Origin: the human T2T-CHM13v2.0 reference genome, Homo sapiens
Length of the DNA: 64,000 nt
NCBI RefSeq assembly: GCF_009914755.1
Contig: NC_060929.1
Direction: 5' to 3' (one strand)
Made by a program: the position numbers and the translations under genes. Shown here piece by piece: positions 1-25,545 of this stretch. The first letter of the stretch is position 1. Every line of letters begins with the position of its first letter. Below the pieces are notes generated by a model. It saw only the letters and a program-made list of their open reading frames with translations. It was not told the origin of the DNA and searched no databases.

Positions 1-2777
<2,777 letters not shown>

Positions 2778-3300
2778 TGTCAAGAAGGGGGCAGCATTGT
2801 GGGGGTCTGAGATTTTATCCTGTTTGCAAGGTAGTAACTTTTTAGCTAACAGTTTCATGGATGCCGGCAAGAGACATGAGACTCTTGAGTCCAGAAAAGG
2901 GCTTGATTACTTAGAGCAAAGAAAGCAGCATGAGTTCCATGTTTGTATCAGTGTTTCTTGTTCCCTGTCCCCCTAGTCCCACAGGGGTGACACAGTGGCC
3001 TAGGTGTGTACCGTGCTCACAGTTGTTTGCATCACAGTTGAGGAATTCTGAGCTTTAGGAAACCCAAATCTTCTATAATGAGCTGCAAGCAAACCTGCCT
3101 AACCTTTGCTGTAGAGGAAACATTATTATACTGGACAATAAATAAACCTACTCTCCACTCTGGAAGAGGACAGGCTCTGTTTTCCAAAGTCCTTTGCTGT
3201 ACAGACAACTTTGAAAAGATAGTCCAAAATAAAAGGCTCTCAATGTCTTTGTTTATAAGACATGCAGAAACATTATGAGTATCCATGGAGAGTTGTCTTG
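2778..3300 (-). mobile_element. 3' LTR of the ERVL provirus
   Basis: On the minus strand it ends in ...AAAATCTCAGACCC...TTCTTGACA; it aligns by eye with 11785-12238. Confidence 0.8.
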
Positions 3301-3369
3301 TTCCATATCCTTGTTTCTGTATTATCCTGGCTGGTACTGAATTTTCCCCATAAGTACAGCACTTCTTTA

Positions 3370-3741
<372 letters not shown>

Positions 3742-4301
3742 TTAAGGATTTATTGAAGTCAACAGAACTTCAAGCAGCAGGATTTGGGCACCCTGCCGTG
3801 TTGACCTTAATCATGCACCCACCACACTAAGGTTCATTCTGGACTCAGCCAACTGAACAAATCCCTAGAAAAACAGGTGACTTTCTTTTTCGGTTTCTGT
3901 ATTGACTTTTCCACTTAGCCCTGGGCATTAGTCTAAGTATAGCAAGATGCTTTACAATTATACAGGCTCCACATTGTCCCATAGGGAGGATGTCTACTAG
4001 GGCAAGTTTTTCATTCATAATAAACCTGGCCCCAGTGGCTTGAAGCTGACATAAATGCCTTCCAGAGCCCAAGTGATATCAGTGAACATATCAGCTTAAG
4101 TCATGCACAATGTTGTACCACTTTTTTAATTGGATTATTCCTATTAGGGAAAACTGCCCACGGGATGTGCATAAATAAGTCAGTTATTATTCTAGGAAGC
4201 ATCCCTTTGAGAATTTCTAACCAAGAGTATCCTTAAATGAGACCTCCACAGTCACCCGAGGGCTGCTTGATCTTCCTTAAACACTTGATGGTCTCTTATA
4301 A

Positions 4302-4649
<348 letters not shown>

Positions 4650-4889
4650 TGAGGCAAGGAAATTAGTACCTGGCTTCCACACAAGAAGCACAGTCCCAGG
4701 GGCACATAGGAACCCTGAAAGGAAAGTACTATTTGCAATTGTTCGTGCCTCCAAAGTAGGCACGAACCTGCATCAGTGTAGAGGCACAGATTGATATAGC
4801 CTCCAATGTAGTCTCCTTTCCCAGTTCAATTAGAATGATTCAGTCTAGTTCTAGTTTTTGGAGAGACTGAGGACAGGACAGTCAGTTGA

Positions 4890-5051
<162 letters not shown>

Positions 5052-5054
5052 TAG

Positions 5055-5240
<186 letters not shown>

Positions 5241-6357
5241 TGAGTAGTAACTGTCCACCTCATGGACTGATCTCAGCTATGAGAATGGTAGTGGAGCATG
5301 GTGTTTTGCCTGCGACACACAGGAGTCATCCCCAGCTGTTTTTAGAAGATATGTTGGTAAAGTTAAGGGAAACCACTTGGCAGGGAATGGCAAACACAGC
5401 AGTCAGTTTAAAAATGCTTATAGCCATTGGAGAGACCTGCAACTGAGCATTTTTCTTAATTTGAAAGGTTCTAGGGGCAGTTCTGAAAGACAAAGGTGGT
5501 TTGTTTTGTTTTGTTTTTGGAGACAGGGTCTCACTGTGTCACCCAGGCTGGAGTGCAGTGGTGCAATCACAGCTCACTGCAGCTGTAACTTTCCAGGCTC
5601 AGATGATCCTCCCACCTCAGCCTCCCAAAGGAGCTGAGACTGTAGACATGTGCCACCATGCCCAGCTAATCTTTTATAATTTTTTGTGGAGATGGGGTCT
5701 TACTATGTTCTCCAGGCTGTTCTTAAACTCCCGGACTCAAGCGATCCTCCCGCCTCAGCCTCCCAAAGTGCTGGTATTATAGGTGTGAGCCACCACACCC
5801 AGCTTGACAAAGATTATTGTCCCTCCCTGCCCTATATCTTCTGGAGTCGTAAGATGTTTCTCTCCCTAGATGGCAAGATTGTCATTCCTCCTTCACCTCT
5901 TTTCCAGTCATCCCCTCCTCTTATGCAGACCTTTCATCTGGTAAGGTCAGGTACAAGAAGGGCAAGGACATTTAAAACTTAGAGACCCATTATGTTTCCC
6001 ACTTTGGCTCACATGGGCTATTATAAGTGAGTGTACTTGGCAAGCAGTGAATTCAATCAAGTGGTCAGTATTCCTATAAGATGATGTCACTCCATTAAGA
6101 GAATCCAGATGGCTGAACTAGAATGAAGTTCGAATTTCCTAACCCTGGCTTTGGCCAGGCTGTCACCTTTAAGAGGTACCAGGCTATTCCAGGATTATTG
6201 TTGGGGGAAAAGAAAATGTTTAAGAATGTTCAGGGCGGGCCAGGCGCGGTGGTTAACGCCTGTAATCCCAGCACTTTGGGAGGCTGAGGTGGGCAGATCA
6301 CCTAAGGTCAGGAGTTGGAGACCAGCCCTGACCAACATGGTGAACTCCCATCTCTAC

Positions 6358-6388
<31 letters not shown>

Positions 6389-7145
6389 AATTAGCTGGGC
6401 CTGGTGGCACATGCCTGTGATCTCAGCTACTTAGGCTGAGGCAGGAGAATCACTTGAACCTGGGAGGTGGAGTTTGCAGTAAGCGAGATCGTGCCATTGC
6501 ATTCTAACCTGGGCAACAAGAGCGAAACTCCATCTCAAAAACAAACAAACAAACAAAAATTCAGGGCACAGAATCCTGCTTTTTCAGATTGGGTTTATAT
6601 TACTTCCCTCCCCTTCTGTCTTCATCATTATCCACGAAGTAGCCAAGAAGACATGATCCCTTTCTAGGGACAGCTAAATTCAGTGATCAAACTGCTTTAC
6701 TCAGATTTTTGGACAAAGAGGAGGTGAGGGAAGTAGAGTCAGAAATCATTTTGAGTCATTGTTTGAGAAAGCTGTCGCCATACTCAACAAGCTACTCAGT
6801 ATCTATGGATGGTAGCATGAAACATCCATCAGTACCTTGACTGTTATTGATTAGCTTTTGTGGTCATTTTTGTGTATGTGATAAAGCTGAACCATTATCA
6901 GACTGCAGATGGTATAGAAAGGTGAACATAAGACATAGATTAGTTTCAAGAGCCACAGTAGTGTGTCCAGAACCAGCTGATGAAACTGGAACAGCAACAG
7001 TGTAACCTAAAGAAGTGTCAGCATGGTGGGGCGGGGTGGCTCACACCTGTAATCCCAGCATTTTGGGAGGCTGAGGTGGGCAGATTGTCTGAGGTCAGGA
7101 GTTTGAGACCAGTCTGACCAACGTGGTGAAATCCTGTCTCTACTA

Positions 7146-7328
<183 letters not shown>

Positions 7329-9636
7329 TCAGAAATGTCGGCAATGGTGAAGCACCACTGATAGCCCTGCAGTGGGGTCACAGCTCCAGTACTGTCTGCA
7401 AGGAACAGTCGGAGACAATGCTCTGTGTGTTATGTGATCCTTCACTATGAGACAAGCAGACCAAGTTGTAACAGGTGTCAAGTCTGACGTAACAGTGGCA
7501 GACTTCTGCCTAAGAAACAGGGTCCTCTAATTTGTGCCCAGTCTCTGATGGTGGTGCATGTGTTACCATATCCAGAATAATGTTGGCTGTAGGCTTCATT
7601 AGTGGCAATCTGGGCAGTGCAGGCTTGGTTAGCATCTTGATTCCAGTTGGTCTCATTAGAGAATAGTCCCTTATCTTGCACATCTGAATGAGTGACCCAG
7701 ATAATTCCGGCAACAGCTGCTATTTTTTCCACAGTTGTGGCCCCAGAGGCGTGGATGTCTTTAATCTGCCAAGTCTTCCAAGTAGCAGACTAAACAGCTA
7801 GACCATTGGCAACAATGGAAGTGCCAGTAAAAATATAGCAAGGTTAATTTGGGGGAATGTTGACCAGAGTCATGAGGACAGCCTTGAGTTCTGCCCACTG
7901 AGCAGAATGACCATGTCTGCTTTGGGTTTTCATTGTTGGTGCAGAGGCTGAGCACTTGCAGCAGCCCAGTGAACACCGTCAAATTTCAGCTTAGCCAAGC
8001 CATCAGTTAATTAAGGGCTCCATTAATCTAGTGATTTTGCTTTGGGCAACAGTTAGGGAGCTGCTACTTTTTCATGATGGCTGAGGGGGCCCACTACTTT
8101 CTTAAGTATACCATTTCTATTTGACAAGTGACACTTGGTGGGCATTTCTCACCTTGTTAGTCATGAAGTCTTGAGTTTACTCACCCCCAAATGGGAATAT
8201 CAGACTGGAGAACCTCAGGGCCTGTATGGGTAGTTAGGGATCAGTTTCAACAAGAGCGCAACAGCAAACTAATTTTCTCAGATTTGGTGTACCTTGGGAG
8301 CTGTGTCAGGGTTCAGCAAGTCCAAAACCCAAGTAATAACCGTTGGGTAGAGGCTGCCTCCTTTTGCCAGAAGCTCTAATCTACAAAAGCATCAGGCTCA
8401 GACTAGTAGCTCAAAGGGTTCATTAGCGTTGTGGGGCCCTAAAGGTAGAGAGAATGCACTGCAGTTCGATTGTTAACTTCCAAAGCAGCCTGTTGGTTGG
8501 AGCCCCACTTAGAGGTTGCTGTTTTGCTTGCAGGTTAGCTGATAGAAAGGAGAAAGTAGAATGCCTAAGTAAGGCACATACTGTCCAGCACCCAAAGAGT
8601 CCAGTAGGATACTGGGCTTTATTTTTGTTGGGAGGAGGATAGGAGAAGAAACAGTTTTTCTTTTACTGCTGGATGGATGGAGTGTTGTGAATCTATCTTT
8701 ATAAACTTTACCTGATGAGTAGGCCTCTGAAATTTGCTGGGGTTTATCAGCAACCCCTGCTGATGGAGGTGTGATAACATTGCAGTCAGCCTTTGAGACT
8801 GAGACTTCTGATTTACCAGTCAACAGGATATCATCAATATATAACATAAACTAGACATCAGAAGATAGAGACACTGCACTAAATCCTGACCTCACCACTA
8901 GCGGCAAATGTCAGGGAGGTTTGCAGGTTTGCTGCACTGTTCTGTTAGCTTTTCTTCCCAGTTGGGGTGATTCCCTCTGGTACTTATGGGATGAAGAAGT
9001 ATAAATGCACTTCCTGCTATACATTCACATGTTGAAGCAACAACAGTATACATAGAATCAGCCGTACCACAAGGTCAGGATAGCGTCCCTTTCCTGCTGT
9101 GAACCATGCCCAAACCCCATCAGTTAAAAAATGCAAGTCCATCCTCTCCCCATGGAAAAGTGGTATGGTGAGTTTGGCACCTTAATCTGACATAGCCATG
9201 GAAGCTTGAGTCCTCCCATTCCTGAGTTTTCTCCAGTATACTTGGATGAGTATATTGCTTTCAGTCCCCTTTGGGAATAGGGAGAATTTGGCTCCACTCC
9301 TAATTATCTTTCTCCTAAAAGCACTGAAGTGAAAGGAGAGGGTAGAGGAGGAAGAGATGTGGAGGGAGAAAAGTGACTGTGCCAATAAGTAAGGCACATT
9401 TACTTTTGGTTTCAAGCAGCACAGAAGCTGCACGTGGCTTGACTAAACAAACCTCCAGTGTTTTCAGCCCACCCAATGACCTCAGTCAGTGTAACGTCAT
9501 CCCTGCTGACACCGATCTATTTCAGCTTCGGGGATTCCTTGATTCATTGGCTCCCTGCATATTACTTTGCATTTGGGGTTGTGAGGTTTATGTCCTTTTT
9601 GACTTGACTCAGGTTTGACTTGGACAGTAGTGACTA

Positions 9637-9789
<153 letters not shown>

Positions 9790-10519
9790 TTACACCTTAA
9801 TTCTGGACATTGCTGCCCTGTTGTTATTCGTTTGCCTGGTTTTAACATAAAGGTTAGGGAGCTTTTCAGCAGCATTGACCACAAGAATTCGTATTACTTT
9901 GGATCCTTTTCTCATTCCCTGGTGAGAATCTTCATCAGCATTGTAAACCCAATTGGACTGGAAGGCTCTATATATTCAGTATCTTATCTATGGTTTCCCA
10001 TAGGAGTTTGTCTCAAAGACATCTCTCAAAGAGGGCCCTTATAGAAGCCAAGACTGACTGCAAAAAAAACTTGGAAACCTTTTACTGTCCTCCAAATGAA
10101 TCAGAGGTGGACATGATAAACTACAGGAAGGACGGAGCCCAAAGCTGGCCCAGGTTTTATCATTCTTCCTTGATAAGCATTATGTTCTCCCCTCATCTCC
10201 CATGTGAACCGTCCAAAGCTGTGACTCACCTGGCTTCTGCCTATAGCAATCGCAAATTTCCCTTCTTTTACATTCATTGTAGGTGCATATTATTGTAACT
10301 TGTCTGAAAAGAGGCAGAACCTTCTGTCCCACCCACCCATTCCCAATGAATCTTAGTATGGTTGTTAACCATGGGGCAGACATGGTACCAGATTGATAAA
10401 AGAGTCTCTCTCCCACAGAAGAGTTTGCAATAACCAGGGCACCATTTTAGCAGCTGTTCTTGAACTTGCTGCCCAATACTCTTCCTGCAACCACCTTCCA
10501 AGTTTTGCTTCATTAATAG

Positions 10520-11602
<1,083 letters not shown>

Positions 11603-11784
11603 ATAGGCAGTAAAGTAGAGGGCCATTTATTGCTTTGTTGACTATACAGTGTAGTCAACATGTTTGCTGCTGGTTCCTGTGGACTTCCCTCAAATCCGAT
11701 CAGTTGCTCTGTGATGCCTCATCCTTCCTTTTCCAGAAAGCCTTTTTTTTTTTTCCCAGCATCTTATTCTCAATGCCAAAAAAC

Positions 11785-14110
<2,326 letters not shown>

Positions 14111-14143
14111 AGATTTTTTAAACCCCTACATTATGTATTTCAG

Positions 14144-14826
14144 AAACAAAGAAAACTCAGCTCCCTTAGAGGAAAATACCACAGGAAAAAATGAGGCCAA
14201 AAAAAGGAAGATTGCAGAAACTTCAAATGTTATCACTGAGTCATTGCCATCTGCAGAATCAGAACCTGTTGAAATTGAGGTAGAGATTGCCGAAGGCACC
14301 ATTGAAGTGGAAGATGAAGGCATCGAAACATTAGAGGAAGTGGCTTCTGCCAAGCAGTCCGTAAAGTACATACAGAGCACAGGTTCCTCTGATGATTCTG
14401 CTCTAGCACTGTTGGCAGATATTACCAGCAAGTACCGTCAAGGTGACAGAAAAGGGCAGATTAAAGAAGATGGCTGTCCATCTGACCCCACGAGCAAACA
14501 GGTAGAAGGTATTGAAATTGTGGAACTTCAGCTGTCACATGTGAAGGACTTGTTCCATTGTGAGAAATGTAACCGTTCATTTAAATTGTTTTACCATTTT
14601 AAGGAGCACATGAAATCACACTCCACTGAGAGTTTCAAGTGTGAAATATGCAATAAACGATATCTTCGAGAGAGCGCATGGAAACAGCACCTAAATTGTT
14701 ACCACCTTGAAGAAGGTGGAGTCAGTAAGAAGCAAAGAACTGGGAAAAAAATTCATGTATGTCAGTACTGTGAGAAACAGTTTGACCATTTTGGACATTT
14801 TAAAGAACATCTTCGAAAACATACAG
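14144..14826 (+). CDS. ZNF131: ZNF131 internal coding exon (linker/NLS region and C2H2 fingers 1-3)
   Basis: Acceptor ttatgtatttcag| at 14143 and donor ACAG|gtaatg at 14827. Encodes RNKENSAPLEENTTGKNEAKKRKIAE..., with fingers FHCEKC..H..H, FKCEIC..H...H and HVCQYC..H..H, ending in HTG. The protein is recognised as ZNF131; its BTB-domain exons lie upstream of the window. Confidence 0.96.
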
Positions 14827-15155
14827 GTAATGAGCAAATACTTTGTTAAAATTTTTTTTTCCCACATGCACTTCAAATTTAAGTATCTAAATCCTTTTTA
14901 AAAAAATAGTGCCTCAGAAGCCATCTCATGTATTATCTCTAATGTGTAGGCTAAGTACACGTTTTTATAGTATTACCTGTTCAAATATTGGTGCTTTAAA
15001 TGCAAATCAGTATCAACTTTGGAAGTAATTGTTACTTTTATGCCTTGCCCAATTTTTATATTTTTCAAAGAAATAGAGAAAATAGTTTGTGACTTATTTC
15101 CTAAAGATCGTAAATAATTAAATCTTATAGTGAGACTTTACCATTTCTATTTTTA

Positions 15156-16144
<989 letters not shown>

Positions 16145-17014
16145 TTACAGGCATGAGCCACCACATCCGGCCCATGTTTATACTTTTTAATGTACATTGA
16201 GTTACCTGCTTTGGCACAGTAGGTTAGTAGGCAGTATATGTTCATCTCTCTCCACCTTTTCAACAGCAAATATGTCAGGCCTGGCGGACATCCAGGGAGC
16301 TGAGGAGAATAAGGTCTTTATACTTCTCCTGGGAGCCATGCAGGCATGATGGAAATGTCCTGAGAAATCTACCTCAGGGCCTCGCCCCACATAGTTCTTC
16401 ATCCCCTATTCCAGTCGTCTCCCTGTCAAGAGTCCCTGACCTTGCTCAGGTTTCTTGCTTGCTCCCACTCCCCGAACAACCTTTGCTGGGTCTCCTACAC
16501 CAGACACAGTAGCTACCACCAACGAATTGAATCTTGGATAGTTCCTAAACCTACTATTACAAGGGTATGGAGAGAGCAGTTAATACAGCATGCTAAGTAT
16601 TAGACTTCTGGACATTTGTTCCCAAGTCTTTGTTATATGTGGTGGTTAAGGCTGTTTAGACTGTTAATACAGTAAATACAACATAGATAGCCTACAGTAT
16701 TCAGAATCTTTCTCTTTGATGCTGGAGTTTGGAGAGCTTCTGGTAAAAGTTTTTTAAAATAGGTTTGTCACTGTCAGTTGGTATACATCACTTGAAATTA
16801 AGGAACCACATAGATTCAGATGATGTTATCCCCCTCACTGTCCAAACTTACTGTCAGTATTCGAGGACTGAGTAAATACAGGAATAGCAAAGGGATCTTG
16901 TACTTAAGGCTCAGTATGGATTTAAAAGTCTTTAAGGTACTTAGTTTGGATAACTAATAGGCGTTTATGAAATCTTTTGGGAAAATGCTTTCTGATTGCA
17001 AACATGTATATATA

Positions 17015-17240
17015 CAGTCTACTTTTGAACAACGTGGGTTTGAACTGCTTGCATCCACTTACATGCAGATTTCATTCAACTAAATATGGATCAAAATTAT
17101 AGTATTCCCAGGATGCAAAACCCATGTATGTAGAAGACCAACTTTTAGTATGTGTGGTTCCACAGGGCCGGCTGCAGGACTTGAGTGTGCGTGGATTTTG
17201 CTATACGAACCAATCCCCCGCATATACCAAGGGACGCCTA
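17015..17240 (-). mobile_element. MER8 (Tigger-derived MITE)
   Basis: ta|cagtctacttttgaacaacgtgggtttgaactg...gaaccaatcccccgcatataccaagggacg resembles the MER8 consensus. Confidence 0.75.
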
Positions 17241-18287
17241 CCTGTTTTATATAATATTTGGAAACTGCCTACAGTTACAATTTTTGGTCCTTAGAAAACG
17301 AATAATAGTCTGTTGGTGAACATTTTTGTGGTAATTGGGTTAATTATGCAAAATGATTGTTGTTATACCAGCAGCACAATAAACAAACATTGGTAAGTAA
17401 CTTGCAAACTTTGATAGCAGTTTCCAATACCCCAGCAGATAATCAGGATAATCAGTAGCTTTTATAGCCTATGAATGTGAAAGTAGCCGCAGTTACCTCT
17501 TTTACCCAAAACATTGCCTACTGACTTTTACCTCTTAGAAAATAGGACAACACGGACCACTTTGGACATCTTTAAATGTGCCTCTCAGGTCTTAGATTTT
17601 TTATTTTGGTTTGGACAGCAGAATATAGGGTTAAAGTACATTATGTTGTATGTCTTTGTCTTTCCCTTAGAAATGATGTGAGATAAGTAATTTAAGTAGT
17701 TGTTATAAATTACTGAACCATATACCCATTGGAGGAACAGTTGAGCACATAAAGCAAACCGAACCCCCACTTCATTGTTTTTTAACTTCAACCAATTTCT
17801 ATACTGGTAATTAGTTCCAAGATAGTTGTTGTTCTCTTCTCTCCTCTCCTCTCTCTCTCCTTTGAAACAGGGTCTTGCTGTGTTGCCCAGGCTGGAGTAC
17901 AGTGGCGCGATCATGGCTCACTGCAGTCTCGACCTCCTGGGCTCAAGTGATCCTTCTACCTCAGCTTCCTGAGTAGCTGGGACTACAGATGTGTGCCACC
18001 ATGCCCAGCTAATTTTTCTGTTTTTTGTAGAGATGTGGTTTCACCACGTTGCCTAGGCTTGGAACATAGGCATGAGCCACCATGCTTGGCCCTGTATTTC
18101 TTTTTTTTTTTTTTTTAGCTTTAACAACAGGAATTCATTTTCTCGCAGTTCTAGAGGTTAGAAGTCCAAGATCAATCTGCTGGTTTCTTTTGAGACCTCT
18201 CTCTTTGGCTTGCAGATGGCTAACCTGTGTCCTTACATGGTTTTATCCTCTTTGTGCATGCATCTCTGGTGTGGCCTTGTATTTCTT

Positions 18288-20287
<2,000 letters not shown>

Positions 20288-20747
20288 TAAGCAGTTTTAA
20301 ACTATGTTTAAGTTAATAAAAAATGGATCATTTTTCCTTGTAACAAACTGTGAAGACAGGAGACAGTCCTCTTCCTGTTTCTTATTCTCAAAACGTATAT
20401 ACCCCATTAGTTTCATATTTTGCATATTTTTATTAGTTTAATGGTTTGGTTTCTTGTATGTTCATAAAGCATGCACTGTAATCTGTGGCTTGATTTGTAA
20501 AATTTTAGCTATTTTTTGTCCTCTGAATTTATTTTTATTTGGAAAATAGTAATGATAATGCCATATACCACTAGGCCATGAATATAAAACAGTGTCAGTG
20601 TCCCTGCCTTCAAGGAGCTCAGGATATGCTGGCAGGGGACAAGCATGTGCAATCTGTGTAACATGTTAAGTGCTGACCAAAGTAAGCAGAATCCTGTGGG
20701 AATGCCTGCCTGGGTTGCTTGTTTGTGATGGAAGAGACAAAGGTGAT

Positions 20748-21156
20748 ATCTTAGTCTGTTCTGTTGCTTATAACAATACCTGAAACTGGAGAATTTATAA
20801 AGAAAAGGAATTTATTTCTTACAGTTCTGGATGCTAAGAAGTTCACTGTTATGAGGCCACATCTGGTGAGAGCCCTGCCAGTGGCGACTCTGCAGAGTCC
20901 TGAGGCCATGCAGGGCATCACATGGTGAGGGAGTTGAGCATGCTAGCTCAGGTTTCTCTTACTCTTCTTTTAAAGCCACCCATCCCATTCCCATGATAAC
21001 CCATTAATTCATTGATCCATGAATGGATTAATCTCTTCATGAGGGCAGAGCCCTCATGATCCTATCACCTCTTAAAGGTCCTACCTCTCAATACTACCAT
21101 ATTGGGGTTTCGGTATTAACCTGAGTTTTGAAGGGGACAAACATTCAAACTATAGC
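20748..21156 (-). mobile_element. MST-family MaLR solo LTR
   Basis: tcttagtctgttctgttgcttataacaatacctgaaactgg...ggggacaaacattcaaactatagca. Confidence 0.75.
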
Positions 21157-22652
21157 AGGTGGCTTCTGGGGGTCATTACCCTTTGATGACTCAGAAAGGA
21201 AAAGGAGTTAGCCTCGAAACAGGTATTCCAGGCAAAGGAAATGAAACATACACAGTCACAGAGGAATGAGAGGAAACAAATTGTTTGGATCACTGTTAAT
21301 AGGGCATTATGGCCAGAGGGTTAGGTCCAATTAGAGGAATGCCAGGAGATGTGGCCAAAGGGGTTGGAAGGGCTAACCATGTGGCATGCACTTGGCCATC
21401 ATATGGGAGATCTAGAGTGGAGTAAGGGTAAGAAAGAGGGAGAGTAATGAGAGATGAGTTTGAGATCATGTAGTTATTTTCATAAATTCCATAAATGAGT
21501 TTGAATAATATCTTGGAAGACTGGGTCATTTTAAAGGAGTTTCAGCCAGGCAGAGATCTCATCAGATTGATATTCTAGAGAGATGACTGGCAAGATAGAT
21601 TGGAGTGGGTTGAAACCTGCTAGCTCAGTGAGGAATCTTGGAGTCGTCCAAACCAGAATGGGAGGTTGGGTAAAGGCAGTGTTAGCGGAAAAGAGAGATT
21701 TGAGTAACATTAGGTAGCCTGGATCAATAGGATTTGGTGGTCGGTGAGGTGCAGGAGTAAAAGAGCTGGTGACTCCCAGCTTTCTGATGTAGATGGCTGT
21801 TTGATTGGAGGCTAATTAACTTAGAAAAAAATACGTAGATGAGTAAACAGATGGGGAAGGAGGGAAATACCAGACATGTTGACAGATACACCTGTGGGAC
21901 ACAGTGTCAAAGAGAACCTAGAGGTAACCTTTAGCCATGTTTTCAAACAATTACTCCCTAGTTTCCAAGAAAAGTAGTGTGGAATCATAGAGGGAATGTG
22001 TGTCCAGAAATCAGAATTTCAGTTCCATCTCCAGTTCAGCATTTGCCAGCATGATGAACTTGACCAGTCACTTTATCTTTGGGCTTTTCTTGTCTGTGTA
22101 AATAAGGATAAAGATACCTACTTTATAGGGTTGTGACAAATAAGAAAATGATGAAAGCGCATTGAAAACTGTACTGTCCACACATCTAAAATAATTAATA
22201 TGTTTCTATTTCTACATTTTACTGAGTTTACTTAATTTTTTAAATAGGAAAAAGCTCAGATGGCACACAATGAAAATTGAGTCTCGTTTCTACTCAGGTA
22301 GATCTCTTGAAGTAACTACTGCTATCCTTTTCTGATTTATCAGATACATTCCTTGCATTTTCAGGTAGCCATAGACGCTCAGGTACGCATGCTTTTGGGA
22401 AAACAAGCGAGCATGCGGTAGTACGGCATTATGCCATTTAATTTATCTTGTCATTTTAAAAAATATATGGAACATTTATGAGTATTTAAATTTTCTTCCT
22501 GTGGCTGCACAGTATTTTAATCTATGGGTATATCATCAACTACTATTGATGAACATTTAGGTTGTTGCTAGGCTTTTGGTATTACAGACTATGCTGTAGT
22601 AAGCATACTTGTACATATGCCTTTTCATATGTTCAAGTAATTTCATTTTTAA

Positions 22653-22865
<213 letters not shown>

Positions 22866-23510
22866 TAGTAGAGACGGGGTTTCACTATGTTGGCCAGGCT
22901 GGTCTCAAACTCCTGACCTTGTGATCTGCCTGCCTCATCCTCCCTAATAATATGCACATTTTATATCTTGACAAAGATTATCAAATTGTCATTTAAGGAG
23001 AGGCTTTGCCAATTTGTTTCCAGGTCTCACTGATAATGAAAAATTATTCATTGATAAAACCACTAAACCATTTAGTGATATTGCCCATCATTTTGGGAGT
23101 TGAAAAGAGTTTCTGTATTACACTAATTCCAGCTAATTAGGTCTTTTCTCTCAAATTAACTTTTCATCACATAAAAATTGTACAAAATAAGCTATAAATG
23201 TTTTGTCAGATAATACATATAGCTCAGTTACTTGACTGTGTCATTCTATTTAAGCGTGAGGCTCACATCTAGGACCTCCTCATTACTGGGGCTCCACCTT
23301 CCATCCTGGAATCATTCAGTTATTTACTCCTACCTGCTGGTTGCTGAGGACTGCTGGAGGAAATTCATATCTCAAACCTTAAGCACTTCAGTGTCTGATT
23401 TATCCCTTTTTCCTAATTGCTATTTCAGAGCTTCTCCATATATTCAAGACCTCTGTCCACACCCCATCTCCAGCAGATTACTTATCTTCCAACCCCCAAC
23501 TTACCTGTAA

Positions 23511-23735
<225 letters not shown>

Positions 23736-23849
23736 TGACCAGGCTGATCTCGAACTCCTGACCTTATGATCCACCCGACTCAGTCTCCCAAAGTGCTGGG
23801 ATTACAGGTGTGATGACTGCACCCGGCGATTTTTTAAATTTTTTTTTAA

Positions 23850-24224
<375 letters not shown>

Positions 24225-24454
24225 TAAAACCATGTCCCATCTATCATTCCATCTCCTTTCTCCATTGCCTCTTTGCCCATCAACAAATAAATAATGGATG
24301 TCCCTCCTGGCTTAAAGAATCCTGTTATTGGCTGGGCACGGTGGATCACTTGAGGTCAGGAGTTCAGGACCAGTCTCACTAACATGGTGAAACTCTGAGC
24401 TGAGATCATGCCATTGCACTCCAGCCTAGGCAACAAGAGCGAAACTCCGTCTGA

Positions 24455-24733
<279 letters not shown>

Positions 24734-25229
24734 TGAACTCCTGACCTCAAGTGATCCACCCACCTCGGCCTCCCAAAGTGCTGGGATTACGGGTGTGAGC
24801 CACCGCCCCGGGCCAGCCGTTTTATTTTTAAATAGAGATGGGGTCTCACTATGTTGCCCAGGCTGTTCCCGTCAAGCAATCCTTCTGCCTTGGCCTCCCA
24901 AAGTGCTGCTGGGATTACAGGCATAAGCCACCATGTTTGGCCTTGTAGGCCTTCTTAAAGGAATTTTGGTAATGACTGTTTTCATTGTCATCCTTCTCAC
25001 TCACTCTTGCCCCATGGCAGTGGGCCTTCTGATCCAATTACATCACTGGTTAAAGTCATTTCCTTGTTTTCTTTACTTCTACTTCTGGCTGTTTCATTTC
25101 CTTCACTAGCCCATCTACCTGCTGTTTTAACTTGGTGTTTCACTGGGTTCTGCCCTTGATTTTTGTTATCATACAACATACTCAGAAATGTTTTCCTGCC
25201 TGGAGGTTTTTACTATCACTTAACCCCTA

Positions 25230-25545
<316 letters not shown>

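Noticed and set aside
14126-14431. 101-aa antisense ORF over the ZNF131 exon
   Set aside because: Shadow of the sense-strand codon bias; no independent signals.
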